From assembly GCF_009914755.1 (NCBI RefSeq), contig NC_060938.1: a DNA stretch of 64,000 nucleotides, one strand, 5' to 3'. This document shows, piece by piece, positions 1-14,730 of this stretch. The notes beneath the pieces were generated by a model that made no database searches, was not told the origin of the DNA, and was given only the letters and a program-made list of their open reading frames with translations. The position numbers and the translations under genes are program-made. Each line of letters opens with the position of its first letter. The stretch's first letter is position 1. The stretch comes from the human T2T-CHM13v2.0 reference genome, Homo sapiens.

Positions 1-1574
<1,574 letters not shown>

Positions 1575-2479
1575 CTATGCTGAATAGATATTTGCAAACA
1601 GTGATGACTCATATTAAACTATAATTTATATTTTTTCCAATTTTCCATTATGAATTCTCTTTGTAACTTATTCTAATGCCTTAAAATGTCCTAAGCGAAG
1701 ATCATTATTATACAACGTAATAAAGATTTTCTGCTTCAGATGAAACTAGTCTCTCTTTTTTTTTTTCTGAATGTAGAATATCTGGTCATTATTCTTTATA
1801 ATTTATGCTTAAATTCTTTTGTTCGGTGAACGTTATTAAGTACCACATTAGTCCTATATTTACAGTTTCTGTAAGTAAATGTTTGGGAAATGAATGAGTT
1901 TCTTACTTAAAGCAATTTTTTTCTTTCATTTGAGTTTTGCATTTTCTACCTATAGTGTTCTTGTGCAATTATGATACTTCCCTTACTAGATTTGTTTTCT
2001 TTTTGAATTTGTTTTCAGTGATCTGCTTTCTGATTTAACAATTTGGATAGAAATTAGGAGAATGGTAAGATGGTGGCCTGATAATTTATGATAATTCCAT
2101 ATTCCTTGCAGAAAATTGAAAGAATAATTGAACATGGTTGGTGCATAGTAGGTACGTCAGGAGCATCTAAGACTGCATTCTTTTTCGTTCTTGAAGTATT
2201 TATACTTTTAAAGTTAAAAATGAACTCTGTGATTTTGTATACACTAACTTTTTAAAGTATCTAAAAAATATATCAGTTTGCCTCACTAAGATTGAGCCAT
2301 TACTTACCAATTCATTTATCACTCAATTTTTACTTGTCTTCAGCCTTATTCTTTTGACTGTACTTTATCACTAATAAAGTTCTTAATATTTATTCTTTAT
2401 TTAAAGAGACATTTCTGTAAGTAAAAAGATCCCAGAAGGACTGAAAATATGAAATTTCAGAAAAATATATATAAAAATT

Positions 2480-3430
2480 TATTAAGTTCAGCAACAGTAA
2501 TACCAATTAAACTAGTATTTAGGAGAAATCTTGTCAAACTGATAGAAATTATAGGTAAATATATACCAACAAATACTATCAAAAATACATTTGGAAAATT
2601 AACGGCAATTTAAAAAAAGTAATGTACACTAAAACAAATTAAAAGTAAATTTAATAATGCAATTAATGTTGATAAAACGAAATATTGCTTAAATTGATCC
2701 AAAAACAGAGGTTAATTTTTGGTGCTTGTTCTTTCCAAAATAATAAAAATAAAATATTACACAAATGTCTAGTAATAAAAATCACAGGGAATTAAAAAAA
2801 CATAAAATTAGGAATAAAAAAGGAAACAAAACTGTAATGTAGTAGAAATTGAAATATATGTAAAACAATAACCAGGATGAATTGCATGCCAATACATTCA
2901 AAGACTGAAATGTAACTTATAGTTTTATAGGAATATATTAATTAATAATTTTAACTCATGAATTTATAGCAAACAAATAAAATATAGCCATTAAATAAAT
3001 TGAATCTGTAGTAAAACAGTTTTATAAAGGACACTTTTTATTGGTATGTTTACTAATCCAAGAGGAAGTTAGTTTCTATTTTACATGAAATATTTCACAT
3101 AAAATGGGAAAGATATCTAACTTATTTTTATACCAAAATTGGAAAAAATACAAGAAATTTGCAAACATTTTTTCAGCTAAAAATTTGAATACAAAATATT
3201 TTCAGACAAAATGAAGCAGAGTACTAGAATTTATATATCAGGATAAAGTAGTACAAATACCGTGAATATAATGTCATTCACCATCACATAAATTTATCAA
3301 TGTAATTCACCTCATGAACATAAAAAATATTTTACCAAATGCAACAACTCTTCTTAATTTAAGAAAAAAAGACAGGCAAAACAAAAAACTTGGTGAATTA
3401 GGGGTAGATGAGATATATTATCTGCTGAAA
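2480..3430 (+). mobile_element. Highly degraded old L1M ORF2-region fragment
   Basis: A-rich, with L1-like motifs in L1 order (attaggaataaaaaaggaaac, ttgcatgccaatacattca, aattgaatctgtagtaaaa, atcaatgtaattcacc). Confidence 0.4.
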
Positions 3431-3825
3431 AATTGTAGCAAATACACTTTTATATGTTTTGTACATTTGCACTTAGTGTTTTGTTTTTTAATTAATTTAT
3501 ATATTTTTAAAATTATAATATTGATTTTTAAATTTCCAAGGTAGATGTGTTTGTGTGTCTATGTGCCTGTGTGTGTCTGTATGTGCATACACATGTATTT
3601 GTGGGTTTGTGTGTGTGTGACAGGAATAAAAAAATCAGAGAGAGAGAAAGTACCAAAAACTGGCTACCTCTAGAATATACACTGAGTTTGGCAAGAGAGA
3701 AGGGTGTGTTGGAATTTTCTTATTTTATTGTGTACAATATTTAATGTTTGTATATTTATACAATATACATATATTATTTTCTTTATTTTGTTTTGGAAAC
3801 TTGTGAGTTGTTTATTTCTGGACTC

Positions 3826-4464
3826 TTTCTTTTTTAAAAACTTTTAAGTTGAAGGGTACAAGTGCAGGTTTGTTACATAGGTATCATGGGAGTTTGTTGT
3901 ACAGATTATTTCATCACTCAGGTATTAAGCCTAGTGCCCATTAGTTATTATTCTGATCCTTTCCCTCCTGCTACCTTCCACTTTCCGATAGGCTACCATG
4001 TTTGTTTTTTCCCTCTACGTGTCCATGAGTTCTCATCATTTATTAGGTTGGTGCAAAAGCAATTGCAGTTTTTGTCATTAAAAGTAAGAGTTCTCACTTA
4101 TAATTGAGAACATGTGGTATTTGGCTTTCTGTTCCTGCATTAGTTTGCTAAGGATAATGGCCTCCAGCTCCATCTGTGTTCCTGAAAGGACATTATCTCA
4201 TTCATTTTTTACGGCTGCATAGTATTCCATGATATATATGTACCGCAATTTCTTTTCCAGTCCATAATTGATGGGCATGTAGGTTGATTCCATGTCTTTG
4301 CTATTGTGAGTAGTGCTGCAATAAATATGTGCATGCATGTGTCTTTATGATAGAATGATTTATATTCCTTTGGGTATATACCTGTAATAGGATTACTGGG
4401 TCAAATAGTATTTCTGTCTTTTGGTCACTGAGGAATCACCACACTGTCTTCCACAATGGCTGAA
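3826..4464 (-). mobile_element. LINE-1 3' end, L1PA13-16-like (sense part of a 5'-inverted insertion)
   Basis: T-rich tail followed by gtgcaggtttgttacatagg...acagattatttcatcactcaggtattaagcctagt, typical of older L1PA 3'UTRs; runs to ccacaatggctgaa. Confidence 0.9.
4043..4087. mobile_element. Half MADE1 (Hsmar1-derived MITE) inserted in the L1 3'UTR
   Basis: ttaggttggtgcaaaagcaattgcagtttttgtcattaaaagtaa after a TA: one MADE1 TIR plus spacer. L1 sequence resumes afterwards. Confidence 0.88.
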
Positions 4465-4656
4465 GAAGACATTCATGTGGCCAACAATCATATGAGAAAA
4501 AAAGAGCAGTATCACTGATTAGTAGAGAAATACAAATCAAAACCACAATGAGATAACATCTAACACCATCAGAATGCCTATTATTAAAAGTGAAAAAAAT
4601 AAAAGATGCTGGCGAGGTTGTGGAGAAGCGACACTGTTGGTGGGAGTGTAAACTAG
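4463..4656 (+). mobile_element. Inverted 5' segment of the same L1 (twin priming)
   Basis: Sense L1 sequence aagaagacattcatgtggccaac...gttggtgggagtgtaaactag. Its end adjoins, in L1 coordinates, the start of the minus-strand segment. Confidence 0.88.
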
Positions 4657-5087
4657 AAAAGTCTATTTCTGATGTATTGACAAATCATGATTCAGACTAT
4701 GGCAGTCAGAAAGCCAGTCCCTGTATTAGAGTAAATTTATCATGGAATAGCCTTTCTAGGAAGAGTCTTGGGAGGCAACATGATAGCCTTCTCCTGGTGG
4801 TATTTGACTTGACTGCTGGGTGCACATGACTTTTCTTCTGTGATTTCACATTTGATATTTAATAAATATTATGATAGAATGGTGAAATTTTGATTTGTAC
4901 GATAAAATATATTGAGAAATTATGGTATCAGCAATAAATTAATATGTCTATTTCTCCTACGTTCAAGAAACGTAATTGCTCTGAAGTGCTTAAATGTGAA
5001 AATAAACAAGCTAGATGAAAATGCAGGTGAAAATTTGCCTCATCTCTGGATGAAAATCACTTTCTGCGCATAAAAGTAATAAAATAG

Positions 5088-5374
5088 GGTTGAGCACGGT
5101 AGCTCACACCTGTAATCCCAGCACTTTAGGAGGGCAAGGCAGGCAGATCACTTGAGCTCAGGAGTTTGAGACAGCCTGGACAACATAGTGAAACCCTGTC
5201 TCTATTAAAAATACAGGAAATTAGCCGGGCATGGTGGTGCATGGCTGTAGTCCCAGCTACTCAGGAGGCTGAGGTGAAAGAATCACCTGAGCCTGGGGAG
5301 GCAGAGGTTGCAGTGCACCGAGATCCCGCCACTGCACTCCAGTCTGGGTGACAAAAGTGAAACCCTGTATCAAA

Positions 5375-5425
<51 letters not shown>
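5088..5425 (+). mobile_element. Alu (AluJ-like) with (AAT)n tail
   Basis: Complete dimer (gctcacacctgtaatcccagcac ... actgcactccagtctgggtgac); tail is about 16 AAT units. Confidence 0.95.
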
Positions 5426-5426
<1 letters not shown>

Positions 5427-5576
5427 TATAAAAAAGTTAATAGATTTTACCTCAACACATTACAATTTTATCTAAATATCAAAAAGTTAAAACTACAGCT
5501 GAAAAAAAATTAACTATTAAAAAATAAGGAAATACGATAGTATCTATAGCAAATGAACATTCAAAAGAAAATGTCA

Positions 5577-5886
<310 letters not shown>

Positions 5887-7002
5887 CTATTAATAGACAA
5901 AGACCGTAAAAAATTCACAAAGGAGGAAATATATAGGATTAATAAAATTATAAAAACGTGCCCAAGGTAGTAGTAAAATAAACACAACAACACAAAAATG
6001 AAATATCTTAACTGTCAAATTAGAAATAATTAACAACGATATTAATATTTAAAGATTGAATGAGACAGGTAAAGTCTTATACTAGTTGGAAGGTAAAATA
6101 ACAAACTTTTTAAGAAGCAATTTGTTGATATTTACTTAATTTTGTTGATCCATTCTTTATAAGGAAAAGTGAATTCTATGTCCTGCAAGAAAAACAGTTG
6201 CAATCTCAGGCAGTCATTCCAAAAGATACAAAAAATAAAGAGCAATATTAAACATGCAAATTCGTATTACTAATATTTTGTTGGTACTAGTACCTGTGAA
6301 GTTATCACCAAGCTACTTTCAGAATAAGTCTGGCAACAAATCTCACCTAATCTCCCTCTTCCTCTCCCTCTCTGTCTTTGGTGGTGATAATGATGAATGA
6401 GAGGTAAGAAACTAGTTCTCTAAGTGGAATACACACACAGGGTGTGCATGCACACACACACACGTTGCAGTTTGGATTCTTTGGGACAATTGGAGACCAT
6501 GTCTAAATGTCTAGGTTTTTGAGAGTGTGCTCTAGAGAATAATTAATATTCTTAATTACTTCTTTTATTCTTGCTCTCTTAGCTTGTTTCTCCTTTCTTC
6601 TGTTCTGATCAATTCATTGTAGCACATAGCACATTCTCATAACCAAATATCAAACATGATTTTAGCTAGAGAAAGTATTTGAGTCTTAACATACAGTATT
6701 ATAATTCTTCCTTAGAGATAATTTCTTCTGGAATTACTAGACTTGTGGTGTTTGCCAAGGGCATGCCTATGGGGAACATGAAATAAGGCAGCAGATTTAA
6801 CTTTAGGTGACTGTAGAAGTAACTAGTAACTTTTATGCCACATGAAATATTTACATGGTTAAAACAAGCTCTCTCACATCAAGTGTTAGGCCTCTCTGTG
6901 GGCATTCCTAGAACATGTGGATTACTCATTTCTTAAGGGTTTCATCTCCCAAAAGAAAAAATATTGTACATGTTTATATAAGAATTTAGATATATTAGCA
7001 TA

Positions 7003-7088
7003 CAATCATCCTTTGGGTTCCTTGAGAGGATTGGCTCCAGGACTGCTTGAAGATAGCAAAATTTACAGATGCTCAAATTTCTTATATA
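7003..7088 (+). mobile_element. MER2 (TcMar-Tigger) terminal fragment
   Basis: TA, then caatcatcctttgg...ggattggctccaggac...aaaatttacagatgctcaaatttcttatata, matching the recalled MER2 left end. Confidence 0.65.
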
Positions 7089-7249
7089 CTTATCTCTATC
7101 CTGGGACTGCAAGAAAAATGGAGTAAGCAGAGCATTGACTGGAATGACTGTGAGACCATACGTGACAAGGCATGTACAATAAGGATACTTTTAATATGAC
7201 ATTCAATCATTAAGAACTCCATCTTTGAAGCCTTAATAAGTTTCAGAAT

Positions 7250-7420
7250 CTATTCAAGGAGTTCAATATGTATTGACTTGTTTTATCCTCACAACGCCAC
7301 AAAGATAAAGGCACATTTATTATCCTTATTTTAAAGCTAAGAAGATTGAGTTAGAGAGTTTTGCTTGCCCAAGTTCACCCAGATCTTAAGTGACAGAGCA
7401 GGATTCAAATCCAAAAACTT
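7250..7420 (-). mobile_element. MIR SINE relic
   Basis: atcctcacaac...attatccttattttaaag...gcttgcccaagttcacccag...agtgacagagcaggattcaaatcca. Confidence 0.7.
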
Positions 7421-8779
7421 TGTTTAATATACTGATATCTGACTTCATTTCAGTGAAGGTATGTGCACATCTATCCAACTGCAGTTAATTTGGCATTTAT
7501 TTTTAAGTAAAGATTTTGTAAAATTTATTATCTGGTTGATTATAAGAACAGCTGATGAATCACTATTTTAAAATCTTCATAGTTTCCATAAATAAGCTAA
7601 TTTCCTTTAGCTGCTTCATACTGGAGATTTTATAGAAGCCAAAGAGTTGCCAGTACAGTGCCCTCTTTTATGTATACTTAACCCAGAATGTAGGACAAGT
7701 TTGAAAATCAAGGTGCTCAGAGTACGTTTCTGGAACCTCTTCACTGAGTAGCTTCTGTGCATGGAAGAACTGTGACCTGAAGAACAGGAGTATCTGTGAT
7801 AGACAGAGGCTGTGTAAACCTTTCCCTTCTGTGTATGGACACAAAACCAGGTCTTGCTTGCCAGTAGATGTTGACACTGGTGAGTGAGATAACGAGGGAG
7901 TTACCCCTCCCTCCTGCCCCTCCAGTATCTCATCTCTAACGTGATTATTATAGCAGTTCTCTAAAATTCTTTCCAGTTAGAAAATTTATGCACTTAAGTT
8001 GCTGTGAATATTCTCACTGAATCTCAAACTTCCCTAGTCAGAGACTTTTAAAAGGCTACCCCTTGGCACTCCAAGATTGTTAAATTCAATAAAATGCTTA
8101 CCATGAATTCTAAAAGTGTTGCCAATGTGCCATTCAGATATTTACAAAATTTTCTCTTGACTTGAATAGAAAATACCTTACTTCTAAATTGAGATCCTTT
8201 GCTTTTGCTATCAGAAAAAAAAATGTTCATGGGAACTAAGGAAGTAATAAGAGGGGAGGGGAAGAGAGAAAGAGAGAGAGAGATAGGAAAAAAGGGAGCT
8301 GGAGAGATAGTGCTGGTTCATAGCATTGCAGAACAAAGCTAAATGCTAACTGTGACAGAGTAAGGTTTATATGGCTATCACTTCCCATTGAAGTTACAGG
8401 TTTCATTTATTCAAAATGTTTTTAAAGCAGTCAGGTATTCAGCCAGCCCAAATAATAAAAAAAAAAAACTTGTATCTTCCTCAAAGAATGAATTTGATTC
8501 TGATTAATGAATAGCAGAGAGCTAGCTAATTTTATTTTTATACTAAATTTCACAGCATTGAACGCTCTTGATAGAAAAATCAATCACGTAAAATACCTCC
8601 TGTCTTCAGGAATAGAATATCTAAAGTGCTTCTGAAGAGAAAGGCATTAGATTTTAAATAATTGAAAACAATTTTTTCAGACAATTCATCTTCTTTAGAA
8701 TTGTTTACCAAATAAAGGCTTAGAATAAAAACGACAGTACATGTGAGAATTATCTTTCCAGGAAAGGATCTTTTCAGGA

Positions 8780-9090
8780 AAGGATCAAGGAGAGAATACA
8801 AAAGGGTAGCATAAGGAGGGATTTGAAACTGTCATGATGACAGATAGTACAAAATTTAGATAGGAGAAAATGTATAGTCATTGATACTGTTTTGTTTCTG
8901 TTTGAAAATATGGAGAGGTAGACATGTTTGGAAGTGATTGTAATACAACTTGAAGATAAGTTGATAATGAAGGAAAAAGAGCTAGGCAGTAAGAATGATG
9001 GGCATGATGAAATGAACAAGAATTATTATTGTCTCAGAAAAGGAGAGAAAAGGGAAGAGTGAAAAGAAAGGCAGAAAAGTAATTTCAGTG
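8780..9090 (-). mobile_element. L2 relic
   Basis: Purine-rich stretch with L2-like motifs (aaaatatggagaggtagacatgtttg). Confidence 0.35.
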
Positions 9091-12000
9091 GTTTTAATAT
9101 CAATTTAAAAAACACATTTATATTTTCAGGAGTGAAAATAAAGGAGACATGACTTCAGGAATCTTCTCATAACTGTTCCTTCTGGTGCTGCTGTTAAATA
9201 ATCAAATTTCACCACACTTCTGCCTAATAGTAATAGTGAGGGCAGTGACCCATGCCTAACACCAAACTGTAAACTATCAAAGTTCAGAAAATACCTAACT
9301 AAATCACAGAATGTCTGTTAGGAATAGTTGTTACAAATTATTTGAAACTGGACCAAATTTTAATAAAAATAATCCAAATAGGTTATATTACTTGAATTTG
9401 TTGATTTTTAAGTATTTTAACTTCTAAAATTATTTTATATCCCAATTAATTAAAGAATATAATTTGATGTTATAATTTCTAAATTCCAACTCAGATGCAC
9501 ATGAAATATGGCAGTATGACAAACTTCAGTATTGTAAGAACTCATCTACATCTTTATGAAATTTAAATTGTTCTGAGCATATTCTGAAAGCATTTTCTGT
9601 GAAAAAAATTAAGATTTTAGTTATCAACAAAACATTCATTTCAATATACAGAAAAGTAGACAATATCATTCAAGTGATTTTTTTCATTCTTCTTGATAGC
9701 AGGAGTATAATGATAGCCTTGTTAATAAAATCACTCTAACAATGTTATTTCTTATAGTCGTAGAAACTACAAATAAAGTATCATATGTAAAGTAACTGGT
9801 ACAGTACTTGGTATAGCATAATTATTTAATGATTGGTTGATAAATACATTATTTAATATTAGCCTCATTGTATTCATTCATCTACTTATCGATACACAAT
9901 TTACATATATACAAAGCATATATAATGTAAATATATACATATATGTACATGTGTAGATGCACATATGTAGATTATTTTAATTTGAACCTGTGAAAGGGCA
10001 CTGAATAATTCTGTTGCATATATATTTTGTGTCGAATTTCTTTGTAGGAAAATATTTAGGTTCTAAATATCAAGGGCTGCAATCATTCGCTCTGTGCTCT
10101 CTCTGTCCCAAGTGCCTGGCACATAGTAACATGCTCTATTGATATTTATGGATTGAATTTGAAAATGAATGCAGTGTTCTGAAGAGGCACATTTCCTTTA
10201 GGTATCTTAATATGCTTCATATACACTTAATACTATGGTGTCCTACTGGCTTTCCTCCATCTTTCCTATGACCTTATCAATGTATGTCCCATATATTACA
10301 GCCACACCCATCATATTTTTGCAGATAGGGCTTTTCTTTCTGAAGTTTTGTCATCTGTTTGTTCATAAGGTCTTCATTTTCTGTAAATTTTTGTCACCTA
10401 AAAGCTGCCACAGTCCTTCTCATTATTTATATTGCATTAGCTTCCTTTTGTATAATTATTTAACTTTTGGGATAATTATCTCTAATTTCTTAATAGACTT
10501 TGAAATTGAGAGCAAATACTGTGGCCCATATTCCTTTATTACAATTTATATTATTATTTATTACATTTATTTTCTCCAGTAAGAGCTCAATAAATATTTA
10601 CTGTCTTGGGAAGTTTCCCAAAACAGAAAATTATTTCTCAATAATATACAATGGTGTGGGGAAATTGTCACTCTCATATACTGCTTGTGGGCAGTAAATT
10701 TAGTTTAGTTAAATAAATATCATTAGATAGGCCTCTGTGAAAACCTCTGCCCCTTTTCATCTCAGCCACTGTGAGAAGTTTCTCCATTTGTTCTTATGGC
10801 AAAGAATGCATAATCCTAGCACTTGACTGTGTCTCTCAATACTCTGAAATTTCTTTGAGAATGAGGACAGAGAAATGTTCTTGTTGTTCAGCGCAATCCC
10901 TATATAGCATTCACTGAATTAATGTCTGTTAAGTGAATTCTAAAGTTACAGAAATTTTCTGCTTAATTTTTTTATTATCTGCTATTACATTAACAAGAAA
11001 TATTCTAAGATCATATGATGTTGGAGTGACGAAAATAGTTATTTTCTAACACACGAACTTTTTGTTAACCTCATTATTCCTTATTTTATGCAGTAAAAAT
11101 CATCTGAATGTACATAATTTTTTCTTTGTTTTGGGGGATAAATTCTACTTTAAATTCAACTTTCTATGTCTTACTACAACTAGTAAATGTAAGATAATGA
11201 AATTTTTCTCCTGACTAGAAGAAATAATTTTATGCCAATCTAAATACAGCACCCATCCGGAGGGGGCAAACTGATTTCCTCACATATACCAACACTGCCT
11301 GCCAGCAAAAAGTTTAGTTCCAATCTGTCAACATGTTTATCTAAAAAACAGTATCTGTATAATTATTTGTGCATTTTGCTGCATTTTCTTAATAAAAATG
11401 ATTAACAGCAGTGACAAGAAGTATATCTCATAAACTGAATGCAAATTAAACAAAAATAAAAACACTGTTTCTCAAAATGGCTAGCCCTAGTTAGAAGATG
11501 CTTGGGATTTAATTCCTCCATCTGTGAAGGAAAAGAAACGAATTGTTAAATGTATGTGAAGTATTATACTAAAGAACTATTATCAATAATTGTGTCTAAA
11601 GTTAAGTTTAATTAAGGAGGTTGAAACATTTTAAGCTCTTTTAAAACAAAACCATGTTCATAGCTTCCAATTCAGTTGTTCAAATGTTAACTATTCTTTC
11701 AAGAAAAATTTCAAGGACCCATTAATATTGAAACCGACTATACAAATCCAGATTATTATCTTAGTCTAGCCTCGAGTTAAAAGTAAACTCTGGGCAACCC
11801 CTTAGCATACAACTAAATAATATTCAGAGTATTATTCAGAATGAATAAATGTGGAGTAGACAACTAAGTAAATGTTTGACTATGTAAATAATGAGAAAAT
11901 AAAAAAATAAATAAAAGTCTGGCTTTTCCCACAATTGGGAGCAATTTGATTATACTTATTCAAAAGGGGTAAGATGTGGGGTCAGTACATAACCTACCTT

Positions 12001-12184
12001 ATAAAACCATCCTAAATTTTCCTAGAAAACATGAAGAGCTTGTTCTTATTTTGATAGATACAAACTTATATGTGCCCCCATTTTAGCATATATTAGCTTG
12101 AATTATAACTGGTTTCAAGTCTTTCTTTATTCCTTTTTTTCCTTCTAAGACTATGGATATTTTGTGAGAGGAGCCAACTCTGCA

Positions 12185-12564
12185 TTTCTTTTTCTTTTCT
12201 TCATTATAACTTTTGGATTAGGTTCAGAGGTGTATGTGCAGGTTTGTCATATAGGTAAACTGCGTGTCCTAGGGGTTTGATGTACAGATTATTCCATCAT
12301 TCAGATAGTAAGAATGGTATCCAGTAGGTATTTTTCTAACCCTCTCCCTCTTACCCACCTCCACCCTCAAGTAGGCCTTGTTGTCTATTGTTCTGATCTT
12401 TGTGTCCATGTTTTCTTGTTTGGCTTCCACTTATAAGTAAGAACATGAGATATTTGATTTTCTGTTTCTGCATTTGTTTCCTTGAGATAATGGCCTCCAG
12501 TTCCATCCATGTTACAGCAAAGAACATGATCTCATTCTTTTTTTCTGGTGGTGTAGTAGTCTAT

Positions 12565-12613
<49 letters not shown>

Positions 12614-13025
12614 ACTTTTTTTTAAATCTAGTCTACCATTGATGGGTATTTAGGTTGATTCCATGTCTTTGCTGTTGTGAATAGTACTACAACGGACATA
12701 TGCATGCATGTGCCTTTATGGCAGAGCAATATATATTCTTTTGGGTATTCTTTTGGGTATATATCCTGTAATGTGATTGCTGGGTCAAATGATATTTCCG
12801 TTTCAGGTTCTTTGAGAAATAATTGTCACACTCCTTTTCAGGGCAGCTGGACTAATTTACAGTCCCACCAGCAATGTATAAGGGTTCCCTTTTCTCTGCA
12901 ACCTTGCCAGCATCTGCTATTTTTTGACTTTTTAGTAGCAGTCATTCTAACTGTTATGAGATGGTATCTCATTGTGGTTTTGATTTGCAATTCTCTAATG
13001 ATTAGTGATGTCCAGCATTTTTCAT
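12185..13025 (-). mobile_element. LINE-1 3' end, L1PA15/16-like, 5'-truncated, with internal (TA)n
   Basis: gtgcaggtttgtcatataggtaaactgcgtgtc...ccaccctcaagtaggcc...gatggtatctcattgtggttttgatttgc. Confidence 0.92.
12567..12610. repeat. (TA)~22 microsatellite
   Basis: Uninterrupted TA run, read directly. Confidence 0.98.
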
Positions 13026-14489
13026 AACTTTGCCTTTATTTATGTATCCTTATCACCTAAAAGATACCACACATTTACCAGGTGTTCAGAAAAATGTGTA
13101 TTGAAAGAGAGAGATAAAAGAAAAAAGTTAAAGCAAATAAAGAAAGATCCAAGAAGCTTATTAATGGTAATATTTTCACATATTTGCTGTGAAGTATGAG
13201 ACAAAGGTTAGGGAATAAAAACAGCTCTTACTACACAGCAAAAGTATGCATAGATGTTGATACTTTTTCCTTCGCCTCTGTTGGTATAATTGCAGAACTT
13301 TTAAGTAGTTCAATAGGGAATTCAGGATTACTGTATATTTTGTTGGGAGAAAAAAAATGTGAGATAGTTAATTTGTAGCTTTGGATAAATTATGTATTCT
13401 AATCTTGGTGCTGATTATTGCAAAATAATCATTGTGCTATAGTGTGCTAAAATATTAGTTGAAAACTAATTGTTGTGAACTTTTTATCTGCACCCGGTGA
13501 GATTCCTATGAATGACTAAAAGGCTAAGCAGGGCAAAATTGTTTAGTTAGTTAGCAAATTAATCTATAATGCATAAAATGCAAGCTTCTGCAAAGCTCAA
13601 CCTTTTGGCTAAAGATTTTAGGTCACCACATTCCATATTTTGATCTCCATGACATTCAGATAACTGGTTGAAATGTTAAAAATTCAGTCAATGCTGAAGT
13701 TGTTTGTTTATACCTACCTCATGCCAAACATCTAGTTTGACATTTGGTACTGAATTGTCAGAATTGATCATTTGTCTTGACATCAGGTGGTTACACTGAT
13801 ACACGTCTGATACACACATGCATGTGCACACACGCACAAACATGTACACAAACAGCGATGGCTTTTCTGCTTTATAATAAGTTTTATTCATTGTAGGAAA
13901 TAACAAAATCCAGGTAATTGTGAATGTAACTGGTTTCTGGCATGAGTTCACCTTCTTAGGTTTCAGGCAGAAAGTAATTTTATAGTTTTCTGTTAATTTC
14001 AGTTTCTGAAACAAAATGCTAGGGTAATCCCATGCTTTTAAGATAATTTTTAGTAAGTACAAATTCTTTTGGTCACTATTAGTTGCCAAAACATGTTCCT
14101 TTCAGTAGTAAATCCCCATCTACTGCATAAATGAAAATTCCAGATTCACATCTTTCTTGGAATGTTCTCATCCCCCATGTGCCAGCCTGCCTCTGAGTGG
14201 ACAGTGGATCTTGAGGCAAAGGCAGAACTGGCTTCTGTATTGCTCCGACTTCTCTCCTAGCCTACAACTGCTTCTGACACCTACATGGTTAGGCTAGAAC
14301 AGCAAGTGAAAAGAACAAGCTTTTCATTATCTGAATCAATTGCAATCTGGGATCTGGTTTGTGTGTGTGTCAAATGGACAATTTCTAGCTCTTTCTTTCA
14401 TGGGAAAGGGACTGCTGAGATGTCTTTGATGTGGGTCTGCCTCCCCTGAGGGTGGTTGCTCAGCCCTCTCCTCAGCCCTTCTGGCAGAA

Positions 14490-14730
14490 CTACTTCCGTT
14501 GTGCTCTCTTTAGTCCCAGTGGTCATTGTTGTTAGTGTCTCTTATAAAGTGATTACAGACAGCCTCTCTGTTGCCGGGTCCACATTTGGACCCTGGAAAA
14601 CATTCGCCATTGCCTACTCATCAGCGGAAGTGCAACATTCGTCTAGGTCAGCACTTCACAGTTGTTCCTTCCCAGACATGAGAAGTGCCAGCCACGTAAC
14701 CTTTCCTCCTGACTTCTAAAGGGTGAGTCA
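14490..14730 (+). promoter_or_regulatory. Candidate promoter/enhancer with first-exon-like layout
   Basis: Non-repeat segment, GC/CpG-richer than its flanks. ETS-type ACTTCCG 14492-14498, TATAAAG 14543-14549, CGGAAGT 14625-14631, and donor AGG|GTGAGT at 14722/14723 overlapping AP-1 TGAGTCA 14724-14730. Motif evidence only. Confidence 0.3.

Noticed and set aside
7687-7886. Possible exon ending at CTG|GTGAGT (7880)
   Set aside because: All three forward frames contain stops and the acceptor is weak; it cannot be supported beyond a chance motif.
11252-11270. CTCF-like motif ccatccggagggggcaaa
   Set aside because: Mismatches in the core 5' positions; a single motif without ChIP data is uninformative.
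13688-14089. 133-aa minus-strand ORF in unique DNA
   Set aside because: Non-ATG start, runs through a CA/TG low-complexity patch, no recognisable domain; expected by chance.
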